From Candidatus Eiseniibacteriota bacterium (GTDB lineage: Bacteria > Eisenbacteria > RBG-16-71-46 > CAVPCR01): a DNA stretch of 64,000 nt. Each line of letters begins with the position of its first letter. Within the stretch, counting starts at the first letter, position 1. Made by a program: the position numbers and the translations under genes. Positions 35,043-45,507 of the stretch are shown one piece after another. The notes beneath the pieces were generated by a model. The model did not search any database. It was not told the DNA's origin and saw only the letters and a program-made list of their open reading frames with translations. Location of the stretch: positions 352,001-416,000 of the forward strand of contig CAWGMA010000003.1 in the NCBI GenBank assembly GCA_963823555.1, given 5' to 3'.

Positions 35043-36248
35043 ATGACGACGACCACCAACCCGATCACGACCGAGTCCCCTTCCGAGCGGATGACCGTCA
35101 ACATCGGGCCGCAGCATCCGGCGACCCACGGCACGTTCCGTATCGAGTGCATCCTCGAAGGAGAGCGCATTCGCGAGTCGCGCACCGAGATCGGCTATCT
35201 CCATCGGTGCTTCGAGAAGATGTCGGAGACGCACGATTACTGGGGCGTCATCCCCTATACTGATCGCCTCAACTACTGCTCCTCGATGATCAACGGGGTC
35301 GGTTATGCGATGACCGTGGAGAAGCTCCTCGGCATCACCATCCCGGAGCGCGCCCAGGCCATCCGGGTCATCCTGAGCGAGCTGACGCGGATCATGGATC
35401 ACATGGTCTGCGTTGGCACCAACCTCGTCGATCTCGGCGCGATCACCAACTTCTGGTACTCGTTCCGCGCCCGCGAGGTGATCTACGATTTGCTCGAGGC
35501 CTGCTGTGGTTCGCGCCTCACCGTGAGCTATGTCCGGCTGGGCGGCCTCGCCTTCGATCTGCCCGCGGGCTGGGTCGAACGCTGCCGCAAGATGATCCGC
35601 AAGGACATCCCACAGGCGCTGAGCGAGCTCGAGAAGCTCAACACCAAGAACCCGATCTTCCGCCTGCGCGGCGCCGGGGTCGGGATCATGCCGCGCGAAC
35701 GGGCCATCGCCTGGGGCTGGACCGGACCCTGCGCGCGGGCCTCGGGGGTGGACTACGACGTCAGGCGCGACATTCCGTATTACGGCTACGACCAGTACGA
35801 GTGGCAGGTGCCGGTGGAGCCGGCGGGCGACGTCTATGCGCGCTATCTCGTGCGCATGGAGGAGATGCGGCAGAGCATCCGCATCATCGAACAGGCGCTC
35901 GACCATCTCCCCGGCGGCCCGGTGATCGTGACCAACCGCGAGGTGGCGCTGCCGCCCAAGCAGGAGGTCTACACGAACATCGAGGCCCTGATGGCGCACT
36001 TCAAGCTCATCATGCACGGCGTCCAGCCGCCGCCGGGCGAGGTCTACGGTTGTGTCGAGGGCGGCAACGGAGAGCTTGGCTTCTATATCGTCTCGGACGG
36101 AACGCGACGGCCCTACCGGGTCAAGGTGCGCCCGCCCTGTTTCGCCATCTTCCAGGCCTTCGATGAGATGCTGCGCGGCACGGTCATCGCCGATGTGGTC
36201 GCCATCCTCGGCAGCCTGAACATCATTGCCGGGGAGCTCGACCGGTAG
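35043..36248 (+). CDS. nuoD: NADH-quinone oxidoreductase subunit D
   Basis: NIGPQHPATHG, GYLHRCFEK, DRLNY, C-terminal GELDR. Confidence 0.95.
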   Translation: MTTTTNPITTESPSERMTVNIGPQHPATHGTFRIECILEGERIRESRTEIGYLHRCFEKMSETHDYWGVIPYTDRLNYCSSMINGVGYAMTVEKLLGITIPERAQAIRVILSELTRIMDHMVCVGTNLVDLGAITNFWYSFRAREVIYDLLEACCGSRLTVSYVRLGGLAFDLPAGWVERCRKMIRKDIPQALSELEKLNTKNPIFRLRGAGVGIMPRERAIAWGWTGPCARASGVDYDVRRDIPYYGYDQYEWQVPVEPAGDVYARYLVRMEEMRQSIRIIEQALDHLPGGPVIVTNREVALPPKQEVYTNIEALMAHFKLIMHGVQPPPGEVYGCVEGGNGELGFYIVSDGTRRPYRVKVRPPCFAIFQAFDEMLRGTVIADVVAILGSLNIIAGELDR

Positions 36249-36259
36249 CGGAGGGTAGG

Positions 36260-37594
36260 ATGAACGAGCGGCGCCCCAAGATCTTGACTCTCGGTCTCGA
36301 GCGCGAGGATTCGCATACGCTCGCGGCCTATCGCGCCCAGGGCGGTTACGAGACCCTCAAGAAGGTGCTCGCCACCATGACCCCCGACCAGGTGACCGCC
36401 GAGGTCAAGGAGTCGGGGATTCGCGGCCGCGGTGGTGCCGGGTTCCCGGCCGGCGTCAAGTGGGGCTTCATCGACAAGAAGTCGGGGAAGCCCATCTATC
36501 TCGTCGTCAATGCCGATGAATCGGAGCCCGGCACCTTCAAGGATCGCCTCATCCTCGAGCGGTTGCCGCATCGCATGATCGAGGGGATCGTGATCGCGAG
36601 CTTCGCCCTCGGCGTGCGCCACGCCTTCATCTATATCCGCGGCGAGTACGCGTCCCCGGCGCGGCGGGTGGCCGACGCCATCGCCGAGGCGGAGGCCGCC
36701 GGGTTCCTCGGCCAGAACATCCTGGGCTCGGGCATGGAGCTCAAGCTGACGCTGGCACGCGGCGCCGGCGCCTACATCTGTGGCGAGGAGACCGCGCTCC
36801 TCGAGTCGCTCGAGGGGAAGAAGGGCTACCCGCGCTTGAAGCCGCCGTTCCCGGCGGCGGTGGGCCTCTACGGCTGTCCGACCGTGATCAACAATGTGGA
36901 GACCATCGCCACCGTGCCCTGGATCGTGGCCCATGGCGGGGCCGCCTACAAGGCGATCGGCACCGAGAAGTCGACCGGCACGCGGCTCATGAGCGTGTCG
37001 GGGCGGGTCCAGCGTCCCGGCGTCTACGAGGTCCCGCTCGGTCTCCCGCTCCGCGAGTTCCTCGAGGACGATCTGGGCGGCATGCAGGACGGATTCGAGC
37101 TCAAGGGTGTGATCCCCGGCGGCTCCTCGACCAATATCCTGACGCCGGACGAGGTGGATCGGGCCAATCTCGATTTCGAATCGATCGCGCAGTTCGGTAC
37201 CTTCCTCGGTTCCGGCGGCATGATCGTCCTCGATCACACGATCTCGATCGTCGAGGCCGCCTATTCGGTAGCGCACTTCTTCGCTCACGAATCGTGCGGG
37301 CAGTGCTCGCCCTGCCGCGAAGGCACCGGCTGGATCGCGGGGATCATTCGCCGCATCCTGGCCGGACAGGGGCGCCTCGAAGATCTCGATCTCATCTGCG
37401 CGGTGGCGAAGGGAATGCTCGGCAACACGATCTGCCCGCTGGCCGATGCCGATGCCGCGCCGATGATCGCCTACGTCACCAAGTACAAGAGCGAATGGGA
37501 AGCATTCATCCAGAGCGGCAAGCGGCTCCTGGAGCCCGAGTCGCACGAACCGGCGCCGGATGCCGGGGAGCGGATCCCGATCGCTGTCGGCTAG
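36260..37594 (+). CDS. nuoF: NADH-quinone oxidoreductase subunit F
   Basis: RGRGGAGFP, NADESEPG, GAGAYICGEETAL, ESCGQCSPCREG. Confidence 0.96.
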   Translation: MNERRPKILTLGLEREDSHTLAAYRAQGGYETLKKVLATMTPDQVTAEVKESGIRGRGGAGFPAGVKWGFIDKKSGKPIYLVVNADESEPGTFKDRLILERLPHRMIEGIVIASFALGVRHAFIYIRGEYASPARRVADAIAEAEAAGFLGQNILGSGMELKLTLARGAGAYICGEETALLESLEGKKGYPRLKPPFPAAVGLYGCPTVINNVETIATVPWIVAHGGAAYKAIGTEKSTGTRLMSVSGRVQRPGVYEVPLGLPLREFLEDDLGGMQDGFELKGVIPGGSSTNILTPDEVDRANLDFESIAQFGTFLGSGGMIVLDHTISIVEAAYSVAHFFAHESCGQCSPCREGTGWIAGIIRRILAGQGRLEDLDLICAVAKGMLGNTICPLADADAAPMIAYVTKYKSEWEAFIQSGKRLLEPESHEPAPDAGERIPIAVG

Positions 37595-37625
37595 CCGGCG
37601 GCGGACGCGGCAAGGAGAAGCCAAG

Positions 37626-39290
37626 TTGGCGGACGAGCAAGACAAGCGGGTCACGATCACGGTCAACGGCCGGGAGCTCAATGTTCCCGCCGGCTATCCG
37701 GTGCTTCAGGCGGCGCTCGATAACAAGATCCATATCCCGCACTTCTGTTACCACCCCGATCTCGGCATCGACGGCAACTGCCGGATGTGCCTGGGTGAGC
37801 TCGAGGGAGCGCCCAAGCTGGTGGCAACGTGCACGCTCCGGGCCACCGAGGGAATGAAGGTGAGGACCGACACGCCGCGCGTCCACGAGGCGGTGCGCGG
37901 TGTGCTCGAGTTCATCCTCATCAACCATCCCATCGATTGCCCGATCTGCGATCAGGCGGGCGAGTGCGGCCTGCAGAACTTCTACATGGATTACGGTCTC
38001 TACGAGTCGCGGGTGCGTCTCGAGGACAAGGTGCGGAAGCACAAGGTCGTCGACCTCGGGCCCATGATCGTTCTCGATAGCGAGCGCTGCGTTCTATGCT
38101 CGCGTTGCACGCGCTTCTCCGACAGGGTGGACGGCGAGCGCGAGATCCGCTTCAAGCAGCGCGGCAACCACACCGAGATCACGACCTTCGACGACGAACC
38201 GCTCCGGAGCCGCTATGCGGGGAACCTCGCCGACCTCTGTCCGGTGGGGGCGCTGACCTCCAAGGACTTCCGGTTCAAGATGCGGGTGTGGTTCCTCAAG
38301 TCGGCGAACTCGGTGTGCGACCTCTGCTCGACCGGGTGCTCGATCCGCATCGACCAGAACCACGACCGCATCTACCGCTACGTGCCACGGCGAAACTCAG
38401 CGGTGAACGCGAGCTGGATGTGTGACGAGGGGCGGCTGTCCTACAAGCGGGTCGGGGCTCCGGCGCGCCTCGAGTCGCCTCTCCTGCGCGATGATAACCG
38501 GCTCGTCGCCATTCCCTGGGAGAAGGCGCTCGATATCGCGTCGCGCCGGATCAGGGAGGCGCGGGAGCATCCGTCCGAGATCCTGGCCATCGCCACGCCG
38601 GCGGTGACCACCGAAGAGCTCTACACCTTCGGCCGCTTCGCCCGCGCGGTGCTATCGACGCCGAACATCGACTACCGGGTGAGCTCGACCAACGAGCGCC
38701 CGGGCGAGATGGAAGACGACGTGCTCCGGCGGAAGGACCGTTTTCCGAACAGCCGCGGCGCCGAGTTCCTGGCGCTCCTCCCCCAGGCGGGTGGAGTGAG
38801 CCTCGCCGAGGCGGCGGGGCGCACGTTCCGCCTCGTCTATGTCCTCGGCGCCGATCGGATCGCCGAGGGCGATCGCCTGGGAACGATCCGCCAGATCCTC
38901 GAGCGCGCCGGGACCGTGATCGCGCACTCGGCGCACGAGGCGGATCTCCTCGAATTCGCCGATCTCGTCTTCCCGGTCACGATGGCGGCCGAGAAGCGCG
39001 GCACTCTCGTCAATCACCAGGGGCGCGTGCAGCGCGTCGAGCCCGCGGTGTCGCCTCCGGGCGAGGCCGAGGCCGACGGCACCGTGCTCGAGTTCATCGC
39101 CGAGAAGCTCGAGGAGCCCCTCGGCAAGTTCGATCCGGCCGCCGTGTTCGCCGCGATGGCGGCCCAGGTTCCGGCCTTCCACGGCCTCCGTTTCGACCGT
39201 CTGGGGGCGACTGGAGCGCAGGCCGCGGGGATCGCGCCCGAGCTGCCGCGGGTTTCCGCGGTCTCCGTGGCGTTGATGCCGGTGGGTTAG
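37626..39290 (+). CDS. nuoG: NADH-quinone oxidoreductase subunit G (short form)
   Basis: [42 protein letters not shown] before TTG. Confidence 0.92.
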   Translation: MADEQDKRVTITVNGRELNVPAGYPVLQAALDNKIHIPHFCYHPDLGIDGNCRMCLGELEGAPKLVATCTLRATEGMKVRTDTPRVHEAVRGVLEFILINHPIDCPICDQAGECGLQNFYMDYGLYESRVRLEDKVRKHKVVDLGPMIVLDSERCVLCSRCTRFSDRVDGEREIRFKQRGNHTEITTFDDEPLRSRYAGNLADLCPVGALTSKDFRFKMRVWFLKSANSVCDLCSTGCSIRIDQNHDRIYRYVPRRNSAVNASWMCDEGRLSYKRVGAPARLESPLLRDDNRLVAIPWEKALDIASRRIREAREHPSEILAIATPAVTTEELYTFGRFARAVLSTPNIDYRVSSTNERPGEMEDDVLRRKDRFPNSRGAEFLALLPQAGGVSLAEAAGRTFRLVYVLGADRIAEGDRLGTIRQILERAGTVIAHSAHEADLLEFADLVFPVTMAAEKRGTLVNHQGRVQRVEPAVSPPGEAEADGTVLEFIAEKLEEPLGKFDPAAVFAAMAAQVPAFHGLRFDRLGATGAQAAGIAPELPRVSAVSVALMPVG

Positions 39291-39318
39291 CGCAAGCGAA
39301 GCACGGGAGAGGTTCACC

Positions 39319-39900
39319 ATGTCGCAGACCATGATGCCCGAGATCAAGCCAGCGCCCCCGACCGGACGCGAGCGCTCGCCCGGTATCGCCTCGACGCCGA
39401 CCAAGAGCACGATCGGCGCGATTCTCTCCGGCATGGCGCTCACCTTGAGCAAGTTCCTCGCGAGCGTGACCGGTCGTGACCGGCCGACGGTCCTCTACCC
39501 GCACCAGCACCGCGACTACTCGGGACGCTTCCGCGGGACGCACATTCTCACCAAGCGCGAGGACGGCCGCCCGCGCTGCGTGGCCTGCTTCCTTTGCGCG
39601 ACGATCTGTCCGGCCGAATGCATCACCATCGAGGCCGCCGAGACCGAGGACAAGTCGATCGAGAAATACCCGGTTCGCTTCGATATCGATAACCTGCGCT
39701 GCGTCTTCTGCGGGTTCTGCGTCGATGCCTGCCCCGAGGAGGCGATCATCATGAGCCGGGAGTTCGAGCAGGCGATCTTCGATCGCAAGGACTCGATCTG
39801 GGACATCGACTACCTGATGAACCGCAAGACCTTCACCGAGTCCGACTTGGGCTACCGGCCCCGCGAGGACCGCGATGGGCGATCCGGGACGCGGGGCTAG
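39319..39900 (+). CDS. nuoI: NADH-quinone oxidoreductase subunit I
   Basis: [12 protein letters not shown] and [12 protein letters not shown] 2x[4Fe-4S] motifs. Confidence 0.93.
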   Translation: MSQTMMPEIKPAPPTGRERSPGIASTPTKSTIGAILSGMALTLSKFLASVTGRDRPTVLYPHQHRDYSGRFRGTHILTKREDGRPRCVACFLCATICPAECITIEAAETEDKSIEKYPVRFDIDNLRCVFCGFCVDACPEEAIIMSREFEQAIFDRKDSIWDIDYLMNRKTFTESDLGYRPREDRDGRSGTRG

Positions 39901-40058
39901 GGCCGGGGCTCGCCGCGCCGGAGTCTTGACAGGAGGAACGGGAGAGGATGCCGGAGCTGACGGAATGTCCGGACCCGGGGGCGTGGCCAACGCTGCCGGA
40001 AGCCCTCAATCTGTTGTCACCATGAGGGTTGCAAATGCTCCTTGATGGGTCCGGTGCA

Positions 40059-40067
40059 TGCTATAGT
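40059..40067 (+). promoter_or_regulatory. Candidate extended -10 promoter (TGcTATAGT)
   Basis: Matches TGnTATAAT with one mismatch, ~35 bp upstream of a small ORF with strong RBS. Confidence 0.45.
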
Positions 40068-40102
40068 TCGCTTAGTGGACAAAGGGGGGAGGCGAAGCAC
40101 GA

Positions 40103-40321
40103 ATGCCAGCATACCGTTCCATCCGTGACCGGATGCTCTGCGAGTGCGATGTCGATGGTTTCCGGGCGGCGACTCCCGAGTTCGCGGCCTATTGCCCCAT
40201 CGAAAGGCGCAAGGTGCTCGCGGCGGATCATGCGGGGTGCGGCAACTTCGGCGGCTACCTCTACTCGGAGACTGGAGAGGCGGCCGGAGTCCGCTGCCTC
40301 CATCCTCTCCATCGCAGCTAG
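40103..40321 (+). CDS. Small Cys/His-containing hypothetical protein (72 aa)
   Basis: GGGGGAGG RBS and candidate promoter; intergenic position; 5 Cys. Confidence 0.55.
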   Translation: MPAYRSIRDRMLCECDVDGFRAATPEFAAYCPIERRKVLAADHAGCGNFGGYLYSETGEAAGVRCLHPLHRS

Positions 40322-40466
40322 CCCATCTCGCCCCTGACTCGAGTTTTTTCGGCGCCGGGTTGCAGGGCCTGGACGCGAGCGGCCCGCGTCCGGTTCTCCT
40401 CGGCGCCGATTCCTCTTGGACTCCCCGCTCTGCTCATCGCGAAAGCTCGACCGATTGGCGCCCGCG

Positions 40467-41408
40467 TCAGCCCACTCGCCCCGGGTTGAGACCCGGCCAG
40501 GTCGGGAGCAGGAACCCGCGCCGCGGCACATCGGTGCGCACGAGGCGCAGCGCTCCCGGGAGCACCTCCGCCGTGATGTGATCGGTGAGCCCGGCCACAT
40601 CGCCGTCCACCTCGCTGCGGAGCGCGCGGCTCAGCCTGGCCTCGACCCGAGCCCCGGAGAAGTAGCTGATGCCGGGATGCAATTCCATGGTGCCCTGCAG
40701 CACGTGCCCGGAGAGGGTCAGGAAGTCGCGCAGGTCGCCGAGGGTGAGCACCGCAACATCGACTCGCGCATCATCCGGGCGCGAATCGGGGAACAGATCG
40801 AACTCGCCGAAGAGCTTGCCGATGTTCGCCAGGAGGAGGCAGTGGCCCGCGATCCGCTGCGCAGGGCGATCGTCCACGGCCACTTCGAAGGTGGTGGTCT
40901 CGGTGGACCCAAGCTGCACGAGAGCGCCGTAGATGTAGGCGAGGAGACCGAAACGCCGCTTGAGCTGCGCATCCGCGGTGGCCATGACTTCCGAGTCGTA
41001 GCCGACACCGAAGGTCAGAAGCGAGATCCGACCATTCACCCGCAAGGCGTCGAAGGGACGCGGTTGCTCGAGGGCAGCGAAGCGAACCGCCTCCGTGGTG
41101 CGCAGGGGAACGCCTGCCACGCGAGCGATCACGTTGGCCGTGCCCCCGGGAAGGACGGCGAGCGGGATGCCGGTATTCAAGAGCGCGGAGCTGACCGCAT
41201 TCACCGAGCCGTCGCCGCCGTACACCCATACTCGATCCGGAGGGTTCCGGAGCACGCGCTCTACAGCCCAGTCGGCGTGCCGGCCTGGCCCGAGCATGAG
41301 GAGCTCGTAATCCACCTCGAGGTCGCGGCAGGCCGAGTGAATGGCGGCCAGACGCGAAGTCAGGTCGCGCGTGCCGGCAACCGGGTTGAAGATGAGAGTG
41401 ACGCGCAC
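40467..41408 (-). CDS. Diacylglycerol/lipid kinase family protein (YegS/BmrU-like)
   Basis: IFNPVAG, GGDGS, LPGGTANV, EVDGD. Confidence 0.92.
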   Translation of the reverse strand: MRVTLIFNPVAGTRDLTSRLAAIHSACRDLEVDYELLMLGPGRHADWAVERVLRNPPDRVWVYGGDGSVNAVSSALLNTGIPLAVLPGGTANVIARVAGVPLRTTEAVRFAALEQPRPFDALRVNGRISLLTFGVGYDSEVMATADAQLKRRFGLLAYIYGALVQLGSTETTTFEVAVDDRPAQRIAGHCLLLANIGKLFGEFDLFPDSRPDDARVDVAVLTLGDLRDFLTLSGHVLQGTMELHPGISYFSGARVEARLSRALRSEVDGDVAGLTDHITAEVLPGALRLVRTDVPRRGFLLPTWPGLNPGRVG

Positions 41409-41523
41409 CGGCGGGGATCCTCTCCTGGCAGAGGGCTAGTCGCGGCCGCGGCACCCGCGGCCGGCGAGAAGTATGCCACATCGCCTTGACCGCGCGGCAG
41501 CGAGGGCGGCATGATGGCGCATC

Positions 41524-41769
41524 ATGCCCTTTCTGATCCGACTCGTGGACGGGCTCATCGAAGTGCTCGTCGTCCTGATCCTCATCGACGTCGTGGCGTC
41601 GTGGATCCCACCCCTCGACCGTCACGCCTTGATCCGCGAGCTCAGGCGGCTCACCGACCCCGTTCTCGCCCCGTTCCGGGCCATCGTGCCGCCGGAGCGG
41701 CTCGGGATCGACGTGTCGCCGATCCTGGCCATCGTCGCGCTCGAGATCCTGAGCCGGTTGATCGGCTAG
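41524..41769 (+). CDS. yggT: YggT family membrane protein
   Basis: SWIP...LTDPVLAPFRAIVP...GIDVSPI. Confidence 0.88.
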   Translation: MPFLIRLVDGLIEVLVVLILIDVVASWIPPLDRHALIRELRRLTDPVLAPFRAIVPPERLGIDVSPILAIVALEILSRLIG

Positions 41770-41814
41770 CTCCGCGCCACCCCCTGGGTCGGATCCCCCG
41801 CTCCGGCCCCGACC

Positions 41815-41843
41815 TTGACTTTGCCCCCGGATGTGCCTACAAT
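41815..41843 (+). promoter_or_regulatory. Sigma70-type promoter TTGACT-17bp-TACAAT
   Basis: Near-consensus hexamers with exact 17-bp spacing, upstream of the radical SAM gene. Confidence 0.65.
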
Positions 41844-42084
41844 ATCGGGCACTTGGGCGGATCTTGCCGCGCTGGTCCCGGCGCGCAGGTCGCCCCTTCC
41901 CACCTCACGGAGGGTTGTAGCTAAGCCCTTTAGCTAATGACTGCTCCGCCCACCGGGGCGAGCCGATAAGCAACCTGACGCATGGCCTCGGACCCCGCGG
42001 TCCAATCCGTGTCCGGGGTCCCTTCTCCATCATCCAGACCGGGGTGATCCGTGATCCCCGGAGCACCGGCGCCGGAGTCCTCTG

Positions 42085-43098
42085 TTGCGCACCCTTCGCC
42101 TCCTCAACTCGGCTGCCTTCAAGCGGCGCGCGCCCTACTGGATGCAGCGGCTGGCCCGGCGCAAGATCGTGGCCAGCTCCACCTTCGAGAGCATCTATCG
42201 CGCCCTGGTGGATCGTGAGATCGCCGAGCTCGAGCGCGGCGAACTGCCCGCGCCCAAGGTCGTCTACGCCGAATCCACCAACGCCTGCAACGCGACCTGC
42301 GTCATGTGCCCGCGCGACGAGATGCAGCGCTCGATCGGCATCATGCCGATGGATCTCTTCCGGAAGGTCGTCGATGAGTGCGCGGACTGGGGCGTCGAGG
42401 AAGTCCGGCTGCACAATTTCGGCGAGCCCCTCATCGACGTCAAGATCTACGACAAGATCGAGTACGCGAAACGCAAGGGCATCAGGACCACCACGATCTA
42501 CTCCAACGGCGCGCTCCTCAACAACGATCGCGCGCGGCGCCTGATCTCCGCCGGTCTCGACAAGCTCTACATCAGCTTCGACGGCGCCACCAAGAAGACG
42601 TTCGAGACCATCCGCCTGCCCTTGAGCTTCGATCAGGTATCGGAGAACGTGCGGAGCTTCCACGCACTGCGCGGCGAGATGCGTTCGCTCACGCCCCACA
42701 TCTACCTGACCTTCACCCACATCGATCAGCCGCGCGACGAGGTGGAGAAGTTCCGCCAGGACTGGACGCCGTACTCGGACAAGGTCTTCATCATCGACGC
42801 CCACGACTGGGCCGGGCAGGCCGAGGTGGCGCTCCACGAGAAGCAGGGCGGGCCGCGCTGGCCGTGCGTCTATCTATGGAAATCGATGACCGTCCTCTAT
42901 TCCGGACAGGTCACGCTCTGCTGTATGGACATCAAGGGTGCCGAGGCCGTCGGCAACGCGCGCGAGCAGTCGCTGCGCGAGATCGCGAACAGCCTGGTCA
43001 TGCGGGAGATCCGCGCCTCGCATCGCGCGCACCGCTACGATCAGGTCAAGCTGTGCAGCGGGTGTTCGCTCAACCGCATGTGGTCCTTGTACGATTGA
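42085..43098 (+). CDS. Radical SAM protein with C-terminal SPASM/twitch domain
   Basis: CNATCVMC, FGEPL; WPC...LCC.D...C..C. Confidence 0.92.
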   Translation: MRTLRLLNSAAFKRRAPYWMQRLARRKIVASSTFESIYRALVDREIAELERGELPAPKVVYAESTNACNATCVMCPRDEMQRSIGIMPMDLFRKVVDECADWGVEEVRLHNFGEPLIDVKIYDKIEYAKRKGIRTTTIYSNGALLNNDRARRLISAGLDKLYISFDGATKKTFETIRLPLSFDQVSENVRSFHALRGEMRSLTPHIYLTFTHIDQPRDEVEKFRQDWTPYSDKVFIIDAHDWAGQAEVALHEKQGGPRWPCVYLWKSMTVLYSGQVTLCCMDIKGAEAVGNAREQSLREIANSLVMREIRASHRAHRYDQVKLCSGCSLNRMWSLYD

Positions 43099-43180
43099 AC
43101 CGGTGTCCCGGCTGGGGACCGACCGTCTGTGATCCTGAGCCGGGTTTTCTCATCGAACCGCCACGATGAGATGCACGAAG

Positions 43181-43204
43181 GGCCCGCCCCGTTCGGGGCG
43201 GGCC
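43181..43204. terminator. GC-rich hairpin between convergent genes (probable terminator)
   Basis: GGCCCGCCCCG-TT-CGGGGCGGGCC perfect stem; weak T tails. Confidence 0.6.
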
Positions 43205-43229
43205 TCTTCATTTCGCGGGCGGGGCGCCG

Positions 43230-45254
43230 CTACACCAGCGCCTCGGCGACGATCTCGGCCAGGTCCTTGACCTCGACCTCGGCGCCCTGGTCCTTGACCC
43301 CGTCCGAGACCATGGTCATGCAGAAGGGACAGGCGGCGCCGATGGTCCGGGCCCCGGTGGCCAGGAGTTCCTCGGTGCGCTCGATGTTCACCTTCTGGCC
43401 ATGCTCCTCCATCCACATGCGCCCGCCGCCCGCCCCGCAGCAGAAGGACTTCTCGCGAATGCGCGTTCCTTCCCGCGGCGCCCGCCCGGTGGCGGCGGCG
43501 ATCGCTGCCCGCGGCTCGTCGTAGACCTGGTTGTAGCGGCCGAGATAGCAGGAGTCGTGGAAGACGACGTCGGCGCCGGAGGTCTTGAGCTTGAGCCGGC
43601 CGGCGGCGATCAGGCGGCTTATGAACTCGGAGTGGTGCACCACCTCGTAGTGGCCGCCGAAGGCCGGGTACTCGTTCTTGAGCGTGTTGAAGCAGTGCGG
43701 GCAGGTGGTGATGATCTTCTTCACCTTGTAACCGTTCAGGATCTCGGTGAGCTCGGTCATCATCGCCTGGGCCAGGTACTCGTTGCCGATGCGGCGGGCG
43801 CACTCCCCGTTGCAGCGCTCCTCGGTGCCGAGGACGGCGAAGTCGATCCCCGCGGCATCGAGGATGCGCACCATCGCCCGCGTCACCTTCTTGTTGCGCT
43901 CGTCGTAGGCGCCGGCGCAGCCGACGTAGAAGAGGTACTCGGCGTCGGCGTGATCGGCCATGGTGCGCACGGTCGAGCCCCTCGGCCCAGTCGAGCCGCT
44001 GCTCGACCGGGAGGCCCCAGGGATTCGACTGGGTCTCGAAACCGCGGAGCGCCGTCTCGGCCTCCTTGGGGAAGCTCGTCTCCATGAGCACGAGATGCCG
44101 CCGCTCCTCGATGATCTTGGGCACGTGCTCGATGAGGAGCGGGCAGGCCTCGACACAGGCACCGCAGGTGGTGCAGGCCCAGAGCTCCTCCTCGCTCGTG
44201 TAGGTGCGAATGATGCCCGGATCCTCGGCGCGGGGGACGCCGCCCGCCTTCCCGCCGTTGCCGCCGCCGTTGCCGCCGCCGGTCGCGCGCAGCGCCTGGC
44301 CGCGCGCCATGGCGTAATCCCTGACGTCGGTGATGATCTTCCGCGGGTCGAGGGGCTTCCCGGTTGCGTGGGCCGGGCACAGGCTCGTGCACCTGCCGCA
44401 CTCGGTGCAGGAGTAGCCGTCGAGGACATCGCGCCAGCTGAAGGTGGCGAGCTGATTGGCGCCGAAGGTCTCGATCGACTCGTCCTCGAGATCAGGCTTC
44501 GAGAGGCGGCCCACCGGCTCGAGCTTCCGGAAGTAGACATTGAACGTCGAAGCCATGATGTGGAGATGCTTCGACGACGGCAGATAGATGAGGAAGCCGA
44601 GCACGATGAGGACGTGCAACCACCAGGAGACATGGTGGAAGGCCGCGAGCGCCGACGCCGACATGCCGGCGAAGAGTGGCGCTGCGGCCGTGGAGAACGG
44701 TTGCCAGGCGATCCCCGGGCCCTCGGGCTCGCCGCGCGCGATCGCCGCGCCGCGCGTCGTGAGGATCGTGATCATGAGGGCGAGAATCAGAAGGAGGATG
44801 ATCAGGCCGTCGGTGCGCGCGTGCCGATCGAGGCCCTGCATGCGCGGCGGCAGGAAGAAGAGCCGGCGCGCGAGCGCATAGAAGATGGCGACCGTCACGA
44901 ACACGGCGAACAGGTCCTGTCCCAGGTAGAGGAGCCCGTAGAGCGGCATCCCCAGCCAGGAGAAATCCCAGTTCCGGTTGAGGCCGATGGCGAACGCCTC
45001 GAGGGTGCCCACGGTGAGGACCAGGAAACCCCAGAAGATGAGGAAGTGCATGAGGCCGGGGACCGGATCCTTGAACAGCTTCTTCTGGCCGAGGACGAAG
45101 GTGAAGACGCCCGAGAGGCGGCGCCCGTCTGATCGGTGCGGTGGGCCGGCGCCTGGGCGAGGAACATGGTCGCGATCAAGCGGCGGACCTGGAGGCCGAA
45201 GATGCCGAAGGCGGCGATGAGGAGGACGGCCATCGCAACGCTCTGCGCGGTCAT
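43230..45254 (-). pseudogene. FadF/HdrD-like membrane-bound Fe-S oxidoreductase with two frameshifts (pseudogene or sequencing indels)
   Basis: TM domain, CTECGRCTSLCP, CTTCGACVEACP and CCG domains are split over three frames; shifts near 45124 and 43971. Confidence 0.8.
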
Positions 45255-45507
45255 GGGTTTCCCTTCTTGTACACCCGGCAACGGAGCTGGGCGGATGGGT
45301 CGCGCGCGGCGAGTTGGGGACGGCGAGCGCCCGAAGCTAGCCCAAAGCTGCTGAGGTTGTCAATGTGGCGGCGGTCCCTTAAGATCACCGGCCGGAATCC
45401 CTGCTGTTCCGCTCGCATCTCAACGGATGGAGCCCCGGCCGGCATCGCCGCCGGCGATCACGATCTCTCACGGTTCAGTCCGCCCACGCGGCACAACGAG
45501 GAGCACG

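Noticed and set aside
35043..36248. NuoD as a group 4 [NiFe]-hydrogenase large subunit, given hyp genes in the window
   Set aside because: It lacks both CxxC nickel-binding motifs and has typical NuoD motifs.
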